Translations under genes and position numbers: made by a program | Shown here: in pieces, positions 11,809 through 20,458 of the stretch | How positions within the stretch are numbered: the first letter of the stretch is position 1 | Layout of the letters: each line of letters begins with the position of its first letter | Origin: Patescibacteria group bacterium | GTDB taxonomy: Bacteria > Patescibacteriota > Minisyncoccia > UBA6257 > 2-01-FULL-56-20 | DNA: 64,000 nucleotides | NCBI GenBank assembly: GCA_038077975.1 | Contig: JBBUGM010000006.1 | Span: forward strand, 4,905-68,904 | Direction of reading: 5' to 3' | Notes under the pieces: model-generated | Databases searched by the model: none | Seen by the model: only the letters and a program-made list of their open reading frames with translations | Told to the model about the DNA's origin: nothing

Positions 11809-11840
11809 GAAAGTGGGAATTGAAGTAGTAGATTGAAATT

Positions 11841-12098
11841 ATGTCCACTCGCGAATCATTACCAAGGCCAGAGGTTGACGCGGAAATTGCTCGCTTGAGG
11901 GCTTGGCTTGAAATTGCTAGAGACAGAGAGGAATACGACGAAAAACTAAGCGGATCATTTTCCCACTTACAACAGGAGCTGGAATCAACTTTGGGTAAAT
12001 TGCGTGGAGGAGATATTGCAAGTGCCGATCAGATATCCGATGAAAATTTAAAGAACCTAGCGGTAGCTTCCGAGCGACTGAAGAAGTTCCTCCCATAA
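11841..12098 (+). CDS. hypothetical protein
   Basis: 85-aa ORF, weak RBS. Confidence 0.35.
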   Translation: MSTRESLPRPEVDAEIARLRAWLEIARDREEYDEKLSGSFSHLQQELESTLGKLRGGDIASADQISDENLKNLAVASERLKKFLP

Positions 12099-12123
12099 GA
12101 GAAATAAAATCTAAATTAAAATA

Positions 12124-12156
12124 AAAGCCCCTCCGCTACGCGGAGGGGCTTTTTGA
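12124..12156. terminator. bidirectional intrinsic terminator
   Basis: aaaagcccctccgc-tacg-cggaggggcttttt between convergent genes. Confidence 0.6.
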
Positions 12157-12159
12157 TTT

Positions 12160-12831
12160 TTAGTTCTCAACAGGCAGAATGGGCAGAAGAACTCGTTTTA
12201 TATCTTCAAATACTTCGCTTTCCAGCTGATCACCGTTTATGACTACGGTATTATCGCGGAAGAGATCATGTTTCGCCAAGGCGAGGTAGTTCATTCTTAT
12301 CTTCTCCAGCTTTTGCTCTTGCTCGAAAAAATCGCTCTTCTTGATTTTTTTAAATCGCCTCTCAACCCTTGTCATCGCCTTATTTGCTGGCATATCTACG
12401 ACGATGTTCAGATGCGGCCATACAAAAAGCGGACCGATAACCTGTTTGTGCAGCTCTATGAAGTAATCAGCTGACTGATTGTAAAGCATGCCATACGCGA
12501 TGGTCGACATGCAGAATCTATCCATAAGGTACAGTCGTTCGCTGTCTTCTTGTAAAAATGGCCTGATGTAACAGAAGAAATCTTGGGCGCGGTCAATGAC
12601 ATATAGCCGCTGAAATTCGACAGGATTTTCTATCATCGGCACATCGTCTGAAAGCATGTTTCTGATCAATCTGCCAGATGGATTCGATTGATCGTTGGGC
12701 TCGAGAGATCCGGCAGTAAGATACCCTTGCTCTTTAAGCCATGCGAAGATTCGCAAAAACTGAGTGCTTTTCCCCGAGCCGTCGATTCCCTCGAAGGCGA
12801 TCAATTTTCCTTTCATGTCTAGCTCCGGCAT
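12160..12831 (-). CDS. tmk: thymidylate kinase-like dNMP kinase
   Basis: P-loop AFEGIDGSGKSTQ plus DRF...STIAYG motif; start taken at the ATG giving MPELD (TTG at 12876 and the ATG giving MKGK are also possible). Confidence 0.65.
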   Translation of the reverse strand: MPELDMKGKLIAFEGIDGSGKSTQFLRIFAWLKEQGYLTAGSLEPNDQSNPSGRLIRNMLSDDVPMIENPVEFQRLYVIDRAQDFFCYIRPFLQEDSERLYLMDRFCMSTIAYGMLYNQSADYFIELHKQVIGPLFVWPHLNIVVDMPANKAMTRVERRFKKIKKSDFFEQEQKLEKIRMNYLALAKHDLFRDNTVVINGDQLESEVFEDIKRVLLPILPVEN

Positions 12832-12897
12832 TGAGTTACTATCTGATATTGTCTGCCTACTCCAAAAACTAGTCAATAAAATTCTGTGGACAGTAAG

Positions 12898-14187
12898 CTA
12901 TGCGCTCGATTTCATGACAATGTCCAGCACCTCTTTTGCGGTCTTCGGGTCGCTAAGCTGTTTTCTATATTTCTCCGGCACGCAGATGCGGAGAGCGATG
13001 TACGATTGCGCGACCTCCTCCATGTTTTGGAAATGAGCCGGGTAACGTTCCTTAAGGGAAGAGATGCGGCCGTCCTTGTGGATACGCACGTCTTTTGCCT
13101 GGAATCGTCCCGGGTTGAAGACGGGGACGACGAGTACTGCCGCTTCCGGTATGCCGGCGATATTGGCGATTTTCTTCTCGAGCTCGCCGAGGCCGGCTTG
13201 GTTTTTTTGGTCCAGCGCAGAGGACTTCATAAGTTTTCGGACCTCATCATCCTTAAGGCCGAATGTCGCAATCGCCTTATCGTTCGCCGTGCCGAGGTTG
13301 GCGAATTTTTCCGGGCGGATGACTATCGCCTCGCGGAAAAGCTCGCGGCGTTTGAGCATGTCATAGAGTTCCTGGACGACGGGATTTTTTGAAAGGCGCA
13401 TGATGCCCAGGAGTTCCGAGTCGGTGAGAGTCGGCAGGTCTTTCTTTGTGATCTCGCCAGCCAAGAGCAGATAATAAACAGTTTTTTGGAACATACGCTG
13501 GGCGATGGCCGAGGTTTTCCTTAAGTAGACGTTTTTATACATTTTGAGGTAGAAATTTTGCGCCTCGATGGCATTGTCGACGACTTTCTCGTCAATCGCG
13601 AGCTCGCCGTCTATAAAGTATATGTGCTCACGCAGGTAATCTATGCCGCTCGGCCGCGAAAGAATGGTCGCGAGTCCGTCGCGTTCAAGGTAATCGAGTT
13701 TTTCCGTGCCGAGATTTTTGTCGTGCACAGCGAGATAGAGCGGATTTTCATGCCTGGCCATCGACTCCAGTAGTTCGTAGTTGATACCGGCCTCTTCGAT
13801 CGCGCCGCGCAGGCCCCTTATGATCTCAAGGCCCAAGGCGTCGTTGTCTTTGTCGCAGAGGTCCTCGACGACGTGTGAAAAAGCGGGGTGGCCGATGTCG
13901 TGGTAGAGAGCGTAGCCGGAAAGTGCGTCCGCCTCGTCTTCTTTTATAAATCCAAGTTCCAGCCAGCGGTCGGCAAGCTTGCGCGTGGCGTGGTAGGCGC
14001 CCAAGGAATGGGCCTTCCTTGTGTGCGTTGCCGAAGGGAATGTGAGGTAAGACATGCCGAGCTGGCGCTTGTCGCCAAGCGCCTGGAATTCTTGAGTTTC
14101 CATCATGGGCAAAACGGGGCGGATGTCTATAATGCCGTAGATCGGGTCGGCAACAACTTTAGGAGCGCTGATTTGCCTTTTCTTCAT
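12898..14187 (-). CDS. HD-domain dNTP triphosphohydrolase (dGTPase/SAMHD1-like)
   Basis: THTRKAHSLGAYH...YALYHDIGHPAFSH HD motifs, about 430 aa; directly upstream of tmk on the same strand. Confidence 0.75.
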   Translation of the reverse strand: MKKRQISAPKVVADPIYGIIDIRPVLPMMETQEFQALGDKRQLGMSYLTFPSATHTRKAHSLGAYHATRKLADRWLELGFIKEDEADALSGYALYHDIGHPAFSHVVEDLCDKDNDALGLEIIRGLRGAIEEAGINYELLESMARHENPLYLAVHDKNLGTEKLDYLERDGLATILSRPSGIDYLREHIYFIDGELAIDEKVVDNAIEAQNFYLKMYKNVYLRKTSAIAQRMFQKTVYYLLLAGEITKKDLPTLTDSELLGIMRLSKNPVVQELYDMLKRRELFREAIVIRPEKFANLGTANDKAIATFGLKDDEVRKLMKSSALDQKNQAGLGELEKKIANIAGIPEAAVLVVPVFNPGRFQAKDVRIHKDGRISSLKERYPAHFQNMEEVAQSYIALRICVPEKYRKQLSDPKTAKEVLDIVMKSSA

Positions 14188-14274
14188 TTGTCGACTTTAG
14201 TATAAAACATATTTACTGCCGAGTCAATTTTGCGCCTCGCAAACGATTTTAGATTTGCATATAATAAATTCACG

Positions 14275-15732
14275 ATGCAGTATTCGCCAACAATCGGCCT
14301 TGAGATACACGCGGAGCTCAAGACGCGGACAAAGATGTTCTGCGATTCTTTGAATGACCCGAATGAGAAGCACCCGAACACGAATGTTTGCCCGGTTTGT
14401 TTGGGGCATCCGGGTACGCTTCCCACGATAAATAAAGATGCCGTCCGGCACGTTCTTAAAGTCGGCCTAGCTTTGGGCGGGAAGATAAATCCGGTCACGA
14501 AATTCGACCGCAAGAATTATTTTTACCCCGACCTGCCGAAGGGATACCAAATTTCGCAATACGACCAGCCGCTTGTTTTGGGCGGGACTTTGAATGGTGT
14601 GCGCATAACAAGGGTGCATTTAGAGGAAGACACCGGTACATTAATACACCATGACAATAACGATGACAATGACAGAAAAAACAAAAGTCATAGTCATGGT
14701 CAAAAGTCATCGTACAGCCTTGTTGATTACAACAGGGCTGGAACCCCGCTTATGGAGCTTGTAACCGAGCCAGACTTGAAGTCGGCCGAAGAGGTCGTTG
14801 CTTTCGCAAAAGAGCTTCAGCTTATTTTGCGCTATCTCGGAGTTTCCGATGCCGACATGGAAAAAGGGCAGATGAGGATAGAAGCAAACGTGAGTATTAA
14901 CATGGGTACGAAAACGGAGCTCAAAAATATCAATTCGTTCAAGTTCGCCAAAGATGCGATCGAATACGAGATAAAGCGGCAGATCGAGGCCATGGAGGGC
15001 GGCCATGAGATTCGACAGGAAACTCGTGGCTGGGACGAAGCGAAGAAAAAAACCGTGAGCCAGCGCTCCAAAGAAGAAGCGCACGATTACCGCTATTTCC
15101 CCGAGCCGGATCTGCCGCCTTTCGAAACCGGCGCCTTTGATTTAGATAAATTACGGGTGGAAGTGCCGGAACTGCCGCAGGCGAAGCGAGCGCGCTTTAA
15201 AGAAGAATATGGGATCGACGAAAAGAAGGCGATGCTTTTGGCCGACGACCAAAAAACAGCAGAGTTTTTCGAGGAATATATTTCCGAACTCCAGAGTTTT
15301 TTGCCCGGAGCGAAGCCGGGCACAGGCGTGGATTATATTTTGAATGACCTCCGCGGCTTAATGGCCGAGTCCGGAGTGAATTTTGCCGATCTTAAAATCG
15401 AACCGGAGCACATTGCTCATCTCGAGGCCTTAATAAAAAAAGGCACGATTGGCAGCCGGCAGGCGAAAGACGTGCTCAAAAAAATGTTCGAAATCGGCGC
15501 CGACCCCGAGGACATCGTCCGTGACGAAGGGCTCGCCACGGTGAAGGACGAAGGCGAGATCAAATCCGTTATTGAAAGCGTCATTGTGGAAAATCCTTCC
15601 GCCGTCGCCGACTACAAAAAAGGCAAGGCGCAGGCGCTGCAGTTCTTGGTTGGCAAGGCGATGAGCAAGTTAAAGGGCAGGGGAGACCCCGGAAAGTTAA
15701 AAGAGATTCTTGAAAAGGCGCTAACGCAGTAG
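14275..15732 (+). CDS. gatB: Asp/Glu-tRNA(Asn/Gln) amidotransferase subunit B, with a low-complexity DNNDDNDRKNKSHSHGQ insertion
   Basis: GatB N-terminus MQYSPTIGLEIHAEL...CPVCLGHPGTLP; C-terminal GatB/YqeY helix. Confidence 0.9.
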   Translation: MQYSPTIGLEIHAELKTRTKMFCDSLNDPNEKHPNTNVCPVCLGHPGTLPTINKDAVRHVLKVGLALGGKINPVTKFDRKNYFYPDLPKGYQISQYDQPLVLGGTLNGVRITRVHLEEDTGTLIHHDNNDDNDRKNKSHSHGQKSSYSLVDYNRAGTPLMELVTEPDLKSAEEVVAFAKELQLILRYLGVSDADMEKGQMRIEANVSINMGTKTELKNINSFKFAKDAIEYEIKRQIEAMEGGHEIRQETRGWDEAKKKTVSQRSKEEAHDYRYFPEPDLPPFETGAFDLDKLRVEVPELPQAKRARFKEEYGIDEKKAMLLADDQKTAEFFEEYISELQSFLPGAKPGTGVDYILNDLRGLMAESGVNFADLKIEPEHIAHLEALIKKGTIGSRQAKDVLKKMFEIGADPEDIVRDEGLATVKDEGEIKSVIESVIVENPSAVADYKKGKAQALQFLVGKAMSKLKGRGDPGKLKEILEKALTQ

Positions 15733-15744
15733 TATGATGAGCGT

Positions 15745-16068
15745 ATGGCAAAAACAGCAGCTTCAAGCCCCATAACAGCGAAAGAAATAGTTGGCGTCAT
15801 ACTCCGCGACTACGGGCCGGTTGAAAAAGTTATTTTGTTTGGTTCGCGAGCAAGGGGGAATGCCGACGAATCAAGCGATCTCGACCTGATTGTCGTGAAG
15901 AATACCGACAAGCCGTTTGTACGACGATTGGTTGACGCCCCTTATTTTTCAATCCACTCCGACATATTTGTTTACACGCCCAAAGAATTTGAACAAATGC
16001 AAGAAAATGAGAACCCTTTTGTAATGAACGCGCTTGAGCACGGAGTTGTGTTGTATCCCGCGTCTTAA
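15745..16068 (+). CDS. minimal nucleotidyltransferase (MNT) antitoxin-like protein
   Basis: GSRARGNADESSDLDL pol-beta NTase motif, 107 aa. Confidence 0.75.
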   Translation: MAKTAASSPITAKEIVGVILRDYGPVEKVILFGSRARGNADESSDLDLIVVKNTDKPFVRRLVDAPYFSIHSDIFVYTPKEFEQMQENENPFVMNALEHGVVLYPAS

Positions 16069-16069
16069 C

Positions 16070-16480
16070 ATGAAAAATTCTTTTCTAAACGCTCGCCGCT
16101 GGCTGAGGCAGGCTGAATACGACTTTGAACAGGCAGAAAAATCATTTGACGACAAGTCGTACGCCTACGCCGCATTTTTCAGTGAGCAATCGGCACAAAA
16201 ATCACTAAAGGCAGCGCTTTTTAAGAGCGGGAAGCGGGCTATCACGATTCACTCGATTGCGGAACTGGCAAAAGAAGCCGCTGCTGTTGCGGACAAATCA
16301 TTTGCGGAACTTGTTGAAAGCGGCGCGCGGCTCGACAGGCACTACCTTGCCGCGCGTTACCCCGACGCTCTGCCCGAACCAGCCACCCCCTTCGAATCTT
16401 ATGTCGAACAAGACGCGGCAGAGGCGATAGCGTTTGCCCGCAAGATTCTCTCGGCCGCAAAGAAGTTTGTCGAGCGATAA
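16070..16480 (+). CDS. HEPN-domain protein (toxin partner of MNT)
   Basis: Immediately follows the MNT gene; HEPN-like helical protein of 136 aa from the internal ATG. Confidence 0.65.
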   Translation: MKNSFLNARRWLRQAEYDFEQAEKSFDDKSYAYAAFFSEQSAQKSLKAALFKSGKRAITIHSIAELAKEAAAVADKSFAELVESGARLDRHYLAARYPDALPEPATPFESYVEQDAAEAIAFARKILSAAKKFVER

Positions 16481-16500
16481 CGGCGTTTTCGCCAACCGGA

Positions 16501-16632
16501 GCCGCCGCCGACTACAAAAAAGGCAAAGCGCAGGCCTTGCAATTCTTAGTGGGCAAGGCGATGAGCAAGTTAAAGGGCAGGGGAGACCCGGAGAAGTTGA
16601 GGGAATTACTAAAGAAACAGCTGGGGACATAG
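16501..16632 (+). pseudogene. orphan duplicate of the gatB 3' end (attR-like remnant)
   Basis: About 85% identical to 15601-15732 at an exact 900-nt offset; a 20-nt identical core gccgactacaaaaaaggcaa, then decaying identity, ending at an in-frame tag. Confidence 0.7.
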
Positions 16633-16709
16633 TTGCGAGAGAAAATAACTTGGCAAAAACCTAAAGAGCACTAGAATGTGTTTAGAAGCTTTGAGCGGAG
16701 GGATGTAAG

Positions 16710-17045
16710 ATGGGCCTTCGATCTTGGTTGAGTAAGCACGTGGAAGAATTCCGAGTTGAACCCGAACCCGAGTGCGGACACGAAGTTCCATGTCTTTGCG
16801 ACAGCTATTTGCAGGGTCTCTCCTATGAGCAATTACTCAGATTGCGCGTAGGATACAGCATTGTTGTTCTTCCAGATCACTTTCAAAAGTCGCCGACATT
16901 GGCTGCGATTCCGATTATCATTGAGGGAGACGGCGCACCGGAAAATCCCCGAACTGAATTCAGGCGCGCCAAAAACGAAGCGAAATTGGCATGCGCGAAA
17001 ATAGACAGAGTTCTTCACGATAAGTTCAGAGTGATTTTCGTTTGA
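16710..17045 (+). CDS. hypothetical protein
   Basis: 111-aa ORF with GGAGGGA RBS. Confidence 0.4.
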   Translation: MGLRSWLSKHVEEFRVEPEPECGHEVPCLCDSYLQGLSYEQLLRLRVGYSIVVLPDHFQKSPTLAAIPIIIEGDGAPENPRTEFRRAKNEAKLACAKIDRVLHDKFRVIFV

Positions 17046-17168
17046 AGGTCGAATATTCATGGCTACGGCAACAACCGTAGCCATTTAGCTTATAAACGTT
17101 TGCCTTGCCTTTTGCGCGTCAGAGTGTAGCATCTAATCAGGAGCTTTGATACATTGAGGAGGTTAGCC

Positions 17169-17876
17169 GTGAAATTCCCGCATACGATAATTGATGCAGG
17201 CAGGGAGCGCCTTCAATCCTTTGAGGAATCTCTGAAAAAGATTAATCTTGCCGCTAGGGCGTCGCCGGATCGCCATGTTAAAACAGGGACGACCGTTGTG
17301 GCCTTTGTTAGTAAAGACGGACAAGTCGGCGTTATCGCGTCTGACGGTCGCATTTCGATGGGGACAATTTCTTTTAAGGAGGAATACAGGAAAATTTTCT
17401 CCTGTCGTATCGGCTTCGTCGGTGTTGCCGGTTCGTTGACCATGGTTCAGTTGGTCATGCCGAACTACAGATTGGACCTGAATAACTTTTGCGACGGGAG
17501 AAATCGTCTTGTTACCGCATCTGGCGCGGTCCACCGGCTTTTCCAGTATTATTTGCGTGCCGCACAACAGGAGGAAGGACAACTTGAATTACTGCCGCTT
17601 TTTTGGGATTTTGAAGAGAAGCAGTGCCGACTCTACGCGCTAGCGGGAATGTGTCACGTGAGAATGAATCACGCATGTGCGATCGGAAGCGGTGTTGGAG
17701 TAAATGGGCTGGATATTGACCGGCAATATACTCCGACGAATTCCAAAAGCCGTCTTATCGCCAATGCGCGCAAGTACATCATAAGGGCGTCTGCTAAAGA
17801 CGGCGCCACAAATCGCCACATTTTCTATGGAATTATAGATAAAGGGAAATTTGACGAAAAGGAGGAGGTGCTCTGA
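17169..17876 (+). CDS. prcB: proteasome beta subunit (Ntn hydrolase) with propeptide
   Basis: TG|TTVVAFVSKDGQVGVIASDGRISMG matches the beta N-terminus Thr1-Thr2 through D17 and K33 context; AGGAGG RBS then GTG start. Confidence 0.7.
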   Translation: MKFPHTIIDAGRERLQSFEESLKKINLAARASPDRHVKTGTTVVAFVSKDGQVGVIASDGRISMGTISFKEEYRKIFSCRIGFVGVAGSLTMVQLVMPNYRLDLNNFCDGRNRLVTASGAVHRLFQYYLRAAQQEEGQLELLPLFWDFEEKQCRLYALAGMCHVRMNHACAIGSGVGVNGLDIDRQYTPTNSKSRLIANARKYIIRASAKDGATNRHIFYGIIDKGKFDEKEEVL

Positions 17877-18619
17877 TGACCGGACTAGGCAGAGTGAACT
17901 ACGGCGCGTTTCTTGCGGACAAGAGAGCAGAGATTCTCAAACATTTGGAAGGATCTTTGCCGACAGTGATTGTCCCGACGTCAAGGGGCATCTATGTTTT
18001 TGCCGAGGAAATTGCTAAGGTCCATTCCACGATTTTGATCGCAGGCGCCGGAAGAATGCTTCCGTCCATTGCCGATTGGTATCGTGCCCAGATGACAGAC
18101 ATGGTTCAGGGCTGGAGTCCGCGCGAACCGAAAGCAAGCGCCGATGTCAATCTTCTGCAGCAGATTTTTTATCCGAACCTGAGCGTAGTGCCTGATGTTT
18201 TTCTGGCGGACCTTGTTCTTGTAGAAATTGGCGCGCAGAGAAGCAGCGACTACATTGCCCGCGTTGACGCTTTTTGCGAAATGAGCGATTTGAGCGACGA
18301 GAAAGTCGTCATAGTAAGTTATAGGGTCAGAAAAGAAAATGGCCACAACGATGACGAGAGCGTCGACGAGCCCGATACCCCATTATCAATAGAGGCCAGA
18401 AAGCAAGCGGAGGATGCCGTTAAAGCCGAGCGCGAAAACGAACTTAGATCTGAATTTTTAGATCTAGGCATGGCTTTGCCGGATAACATGGAAGAACGGC
18501 AAGGGGGAAAGGCAGGCCTTCTCAAGGCCCTAGAGGAGCAATATCCCGGTAAAGCCGTTTTACTCAGGCGCGATTTTGTCAGAAAAAAGGAGTTTGACTG
18601 GGTTTTTGAACCCCTGTGA
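17876..18619 (+). CDS. prcA: proteasome alpha subunit
   Basis: Pattern like actinobacterial PrcA (…SLPTVIVPTSRGIYVFAEE…ILIAGAGR…); TGATG overlap with prcB, GGAGGAGG RBS. Confidence 0.65.
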   Translation: MTGLGRVNYGAFLADKRAEILKHLEGSLPTVIVPTSRGIYVFAEEIAKVHSTILIAGAGRMLPSIADWYRAQMTDMVQGWSPREPKASADVNLLQQIFYPNLSVVPDVFLADLVLVEIGAQRSSDYIARVDAFCEMSDLSDEKVVIVSYRVRKENGHNDDESVDEPDTPLSIEARKQAEDAVKAERENELRSEFLDLGMALPDNMEERQGGKAGLLKALEEQYPGKAVLLRRDFVRKKEFDWVFEPL

Positions 18620-18625
18620 TAGTTT

Positions 18626-18658
18626 GTGCGGGCCCTCTTTTCGGGCCCGTTCTTTTTT
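18626..18658 (+). terminator. intrinsic terminator after prcBA
   Basis: gcgggccc-tcttttc-gggcccg followed by ttcttttttg. Confidence 0.55.
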
Positions 18659-18706
18659 GTTAGTATTGTGTTAGATGTTTGAACGCTTTGGTTATGGGAG
18701 GATGTG

Positions 18707-20389
18707 ATGCCGAGAGAAAATCCCGAAAGACAGCCGGAACTTAGCGCCCAAGAACTTTTGAATCGGCTGCGAAACTGCGAAGATGCATATGCCCGATCCG
18801 CTAGCGCGAACGATAAATTGGCCGAGTTGATTTTTAAACTTGCCCCGTTTAGAGAGCCGCCATACAGCTTGGCAGTTTTCGTTTCTCTGTCCGATATAAA
18901 CGACGGCAGGGAAGAAGGACTAAGAAGATCGCTCGCGTCGCTGGGGGTCGATTCACCCACGGACGGTTTTTCGAAGTGCTATCTTTTGCTGAATAACGGC
19001 GCCATGGCGATCGGCACGGTTGAAGATGAATTAGGAAGAGGCCTCAAGTCGGGACAAGTGGTTCTTGTAAGCGGCAACATGGGGGTTGTGGCCGCGGTTC
19101 CGGACGAAGAAATCAGGCATCTTAAAAGTGTTACGGTAGCGACCATCGAGCAAGTTGTGGACGATTTTATCCTGATTGACGACGGCGCCGGATATCGAGG
19201 CGGAGGCGTTGTTCTTTCTCCTCGTCTCCGGGAAGAGTTGGGGCGTAAACCTCTTGAGAACGGCGACAAAGTTCTGCTTTTTGGGAAATGTATTTTGCGC
19301 GTGCTTGAGAGACAGGAAAAGCGTATAGGTACGCTCGAGAAGGTGACGTTTGAGGATATCGGCGGCCTGGAAAAACAGGCGCAGGAAATCCGCGACCTTT
19401 TGGGCCTCGATTTCTCCGAGGAGCTTAAGCTCAAAATGAACAGAGAGTTTCCGCGGGGGGCGGTCCTTTACGGACCTCCCGGAAACGGCAAGACCCTACT
19501 TGCCCAAGTTTTGGGCAATGAGCTCGGATTTTTCATCGAGCTTGTCAGCGGTCCGGAAATAGAGAGTATGTGGGTTGGCGAAGGGCCGAAAATGATGAGA
19601 GCGAAGTTCGGGAGAGCCTATAAGAACAGGCCGTCTCTTCTGGTTTTTGACGAAGCTGATGTTCTTTTCCCGGTCCGCGGCGCCTCCGTTAGTGAGGGAT
19701 ACAAAACAGATTACCTTGCGCAGTTCAACGTTCTTATGCAGGGAGTTGAGAGTACCGCAGGCGTTTTCGTGCTTTTGCTGACGAATCGAGTTGACCGCAT
19801 TGATCCGGCAGCCATTCGAGCTGGGCGCGCGGATAAGAAAATTTTCATACCGCGTCCCGGTATGGACGGAGCCAAAAAAATCTTCTCGATCCATCTTAGG
19901 CGCTATCCTTTTGCCGGCGCGGATGACGATAAAACGAAAAGAAATCTCATGCGCGGACTTGCAGAGAAAGTGATCGAGGCAGTTTTCAGACGCGGGTCGG
20001 ATACACATCTTTTTACGGCTTTTCGCGGAACGGACGAGACAAGGTATTACATCAGAGATTTCGTTTCCGGAGCGCTGTTCAAAAATATAGCGGACGAGAT
20101 TTCTTTGCGCGCGATGAAGCGCCTTAAAGAGGATGGCACGGAAGCAGATTCTCCGCAGTGCGGTATCACAGAGATAGATGCGGACGGCGTTGCTGCCCAG
20201 GCGATCAGTAATGAGATACCGCGCGACGACGATTCGAGAAATCAATGGCTTTTAACGAACGGATATAAACCGGCAGACACATTTAGAAACGGTCCGGCTC
20301 TCGAGGACGAGAAAGAGCTGGCAAATCGCAGAAAAGTTATGATCCGCAGGCATGCAGTGAGGAAAACAAAGAAAAAGAGGCCCTCGTAA
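18707..20389 (+). CDS. ARC/Mpa-like AAA+ ATPase (proteasome-associated)
   Basis: N-terminal coiled coil, Walker A GPPGNGKT, Walker B LLVFDEAD; basic C-terminus lacking the usual GQYL tail. Confidence 0.7.
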   Translation: MPRENPERQPELSAQELLNRLRNCEDAYARSASANDKLAELIFKLAPFREPPYSLAVFVSLSDINDGREEGLRRSLASLGVDSPTDGFSKCYLLLNNGAMAIGTVEDELGRGLKSGQVVLVSGNMGVVAAVPDEEIRHLKSVTVATIEQVVDDFILIDDGAGYRGGGVVLSPRLREELGRKPLENGDKVLLFGKCILRVLERQEKRIGTLEKVTFEDIGGLEKQAQEIRDLLGLDFSEELKLKMNREFPRGAVLYGPPGNGKTLLAQVLGNELGFFIELVSGPEIESMWVGEGPKMMRAKFGRAYKNRPSLLVFDEADVLFPVRGASVSEGYKTDYLAQFNVLMQGVESTAGVFVLLLTNRVDRIDPAAIRAGRADKKIFIPRPGMDGAKKIFSIHLRRYPFAGADDDKTKRNLMRGLAEKVIEAVFRRGSDTHLFTAFRGTDETRYYIRDFVSGALFKNIADEISLRAMKRLKEDGTEADSPQCGITEIDADGVAAQAISNEIPRDDDSRNQWLLTNGYKPADTFRNGPALEDEKELANRRKVMIRRHAVRKTKKKRPS

Positions 20390-20458
20390 TGGGGGCCTCC
20401 TTTTATTTGCGGCAATGCCTTATAATGCAGATAGCATATTGATTCTAAGGAGAATAAG

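Noticed and set aside
14641-14720. Possible mobile insertion inside gatB (DNNDDNDRKNKSHSHGQ segment)
   Set aside because: Only short direct repeats of low-complexity sequence with no terminal inverted repeats; more consistent with replication-slippage expansion in a surface loop than with a MITE.
18319-18960. 213-aa Ser-rich minus-strand ORF spanning the prcA/ATPase junction
   Set aside because: Low-complexity antisense reading of two well-supported plus-strand genes and the terminator between them.
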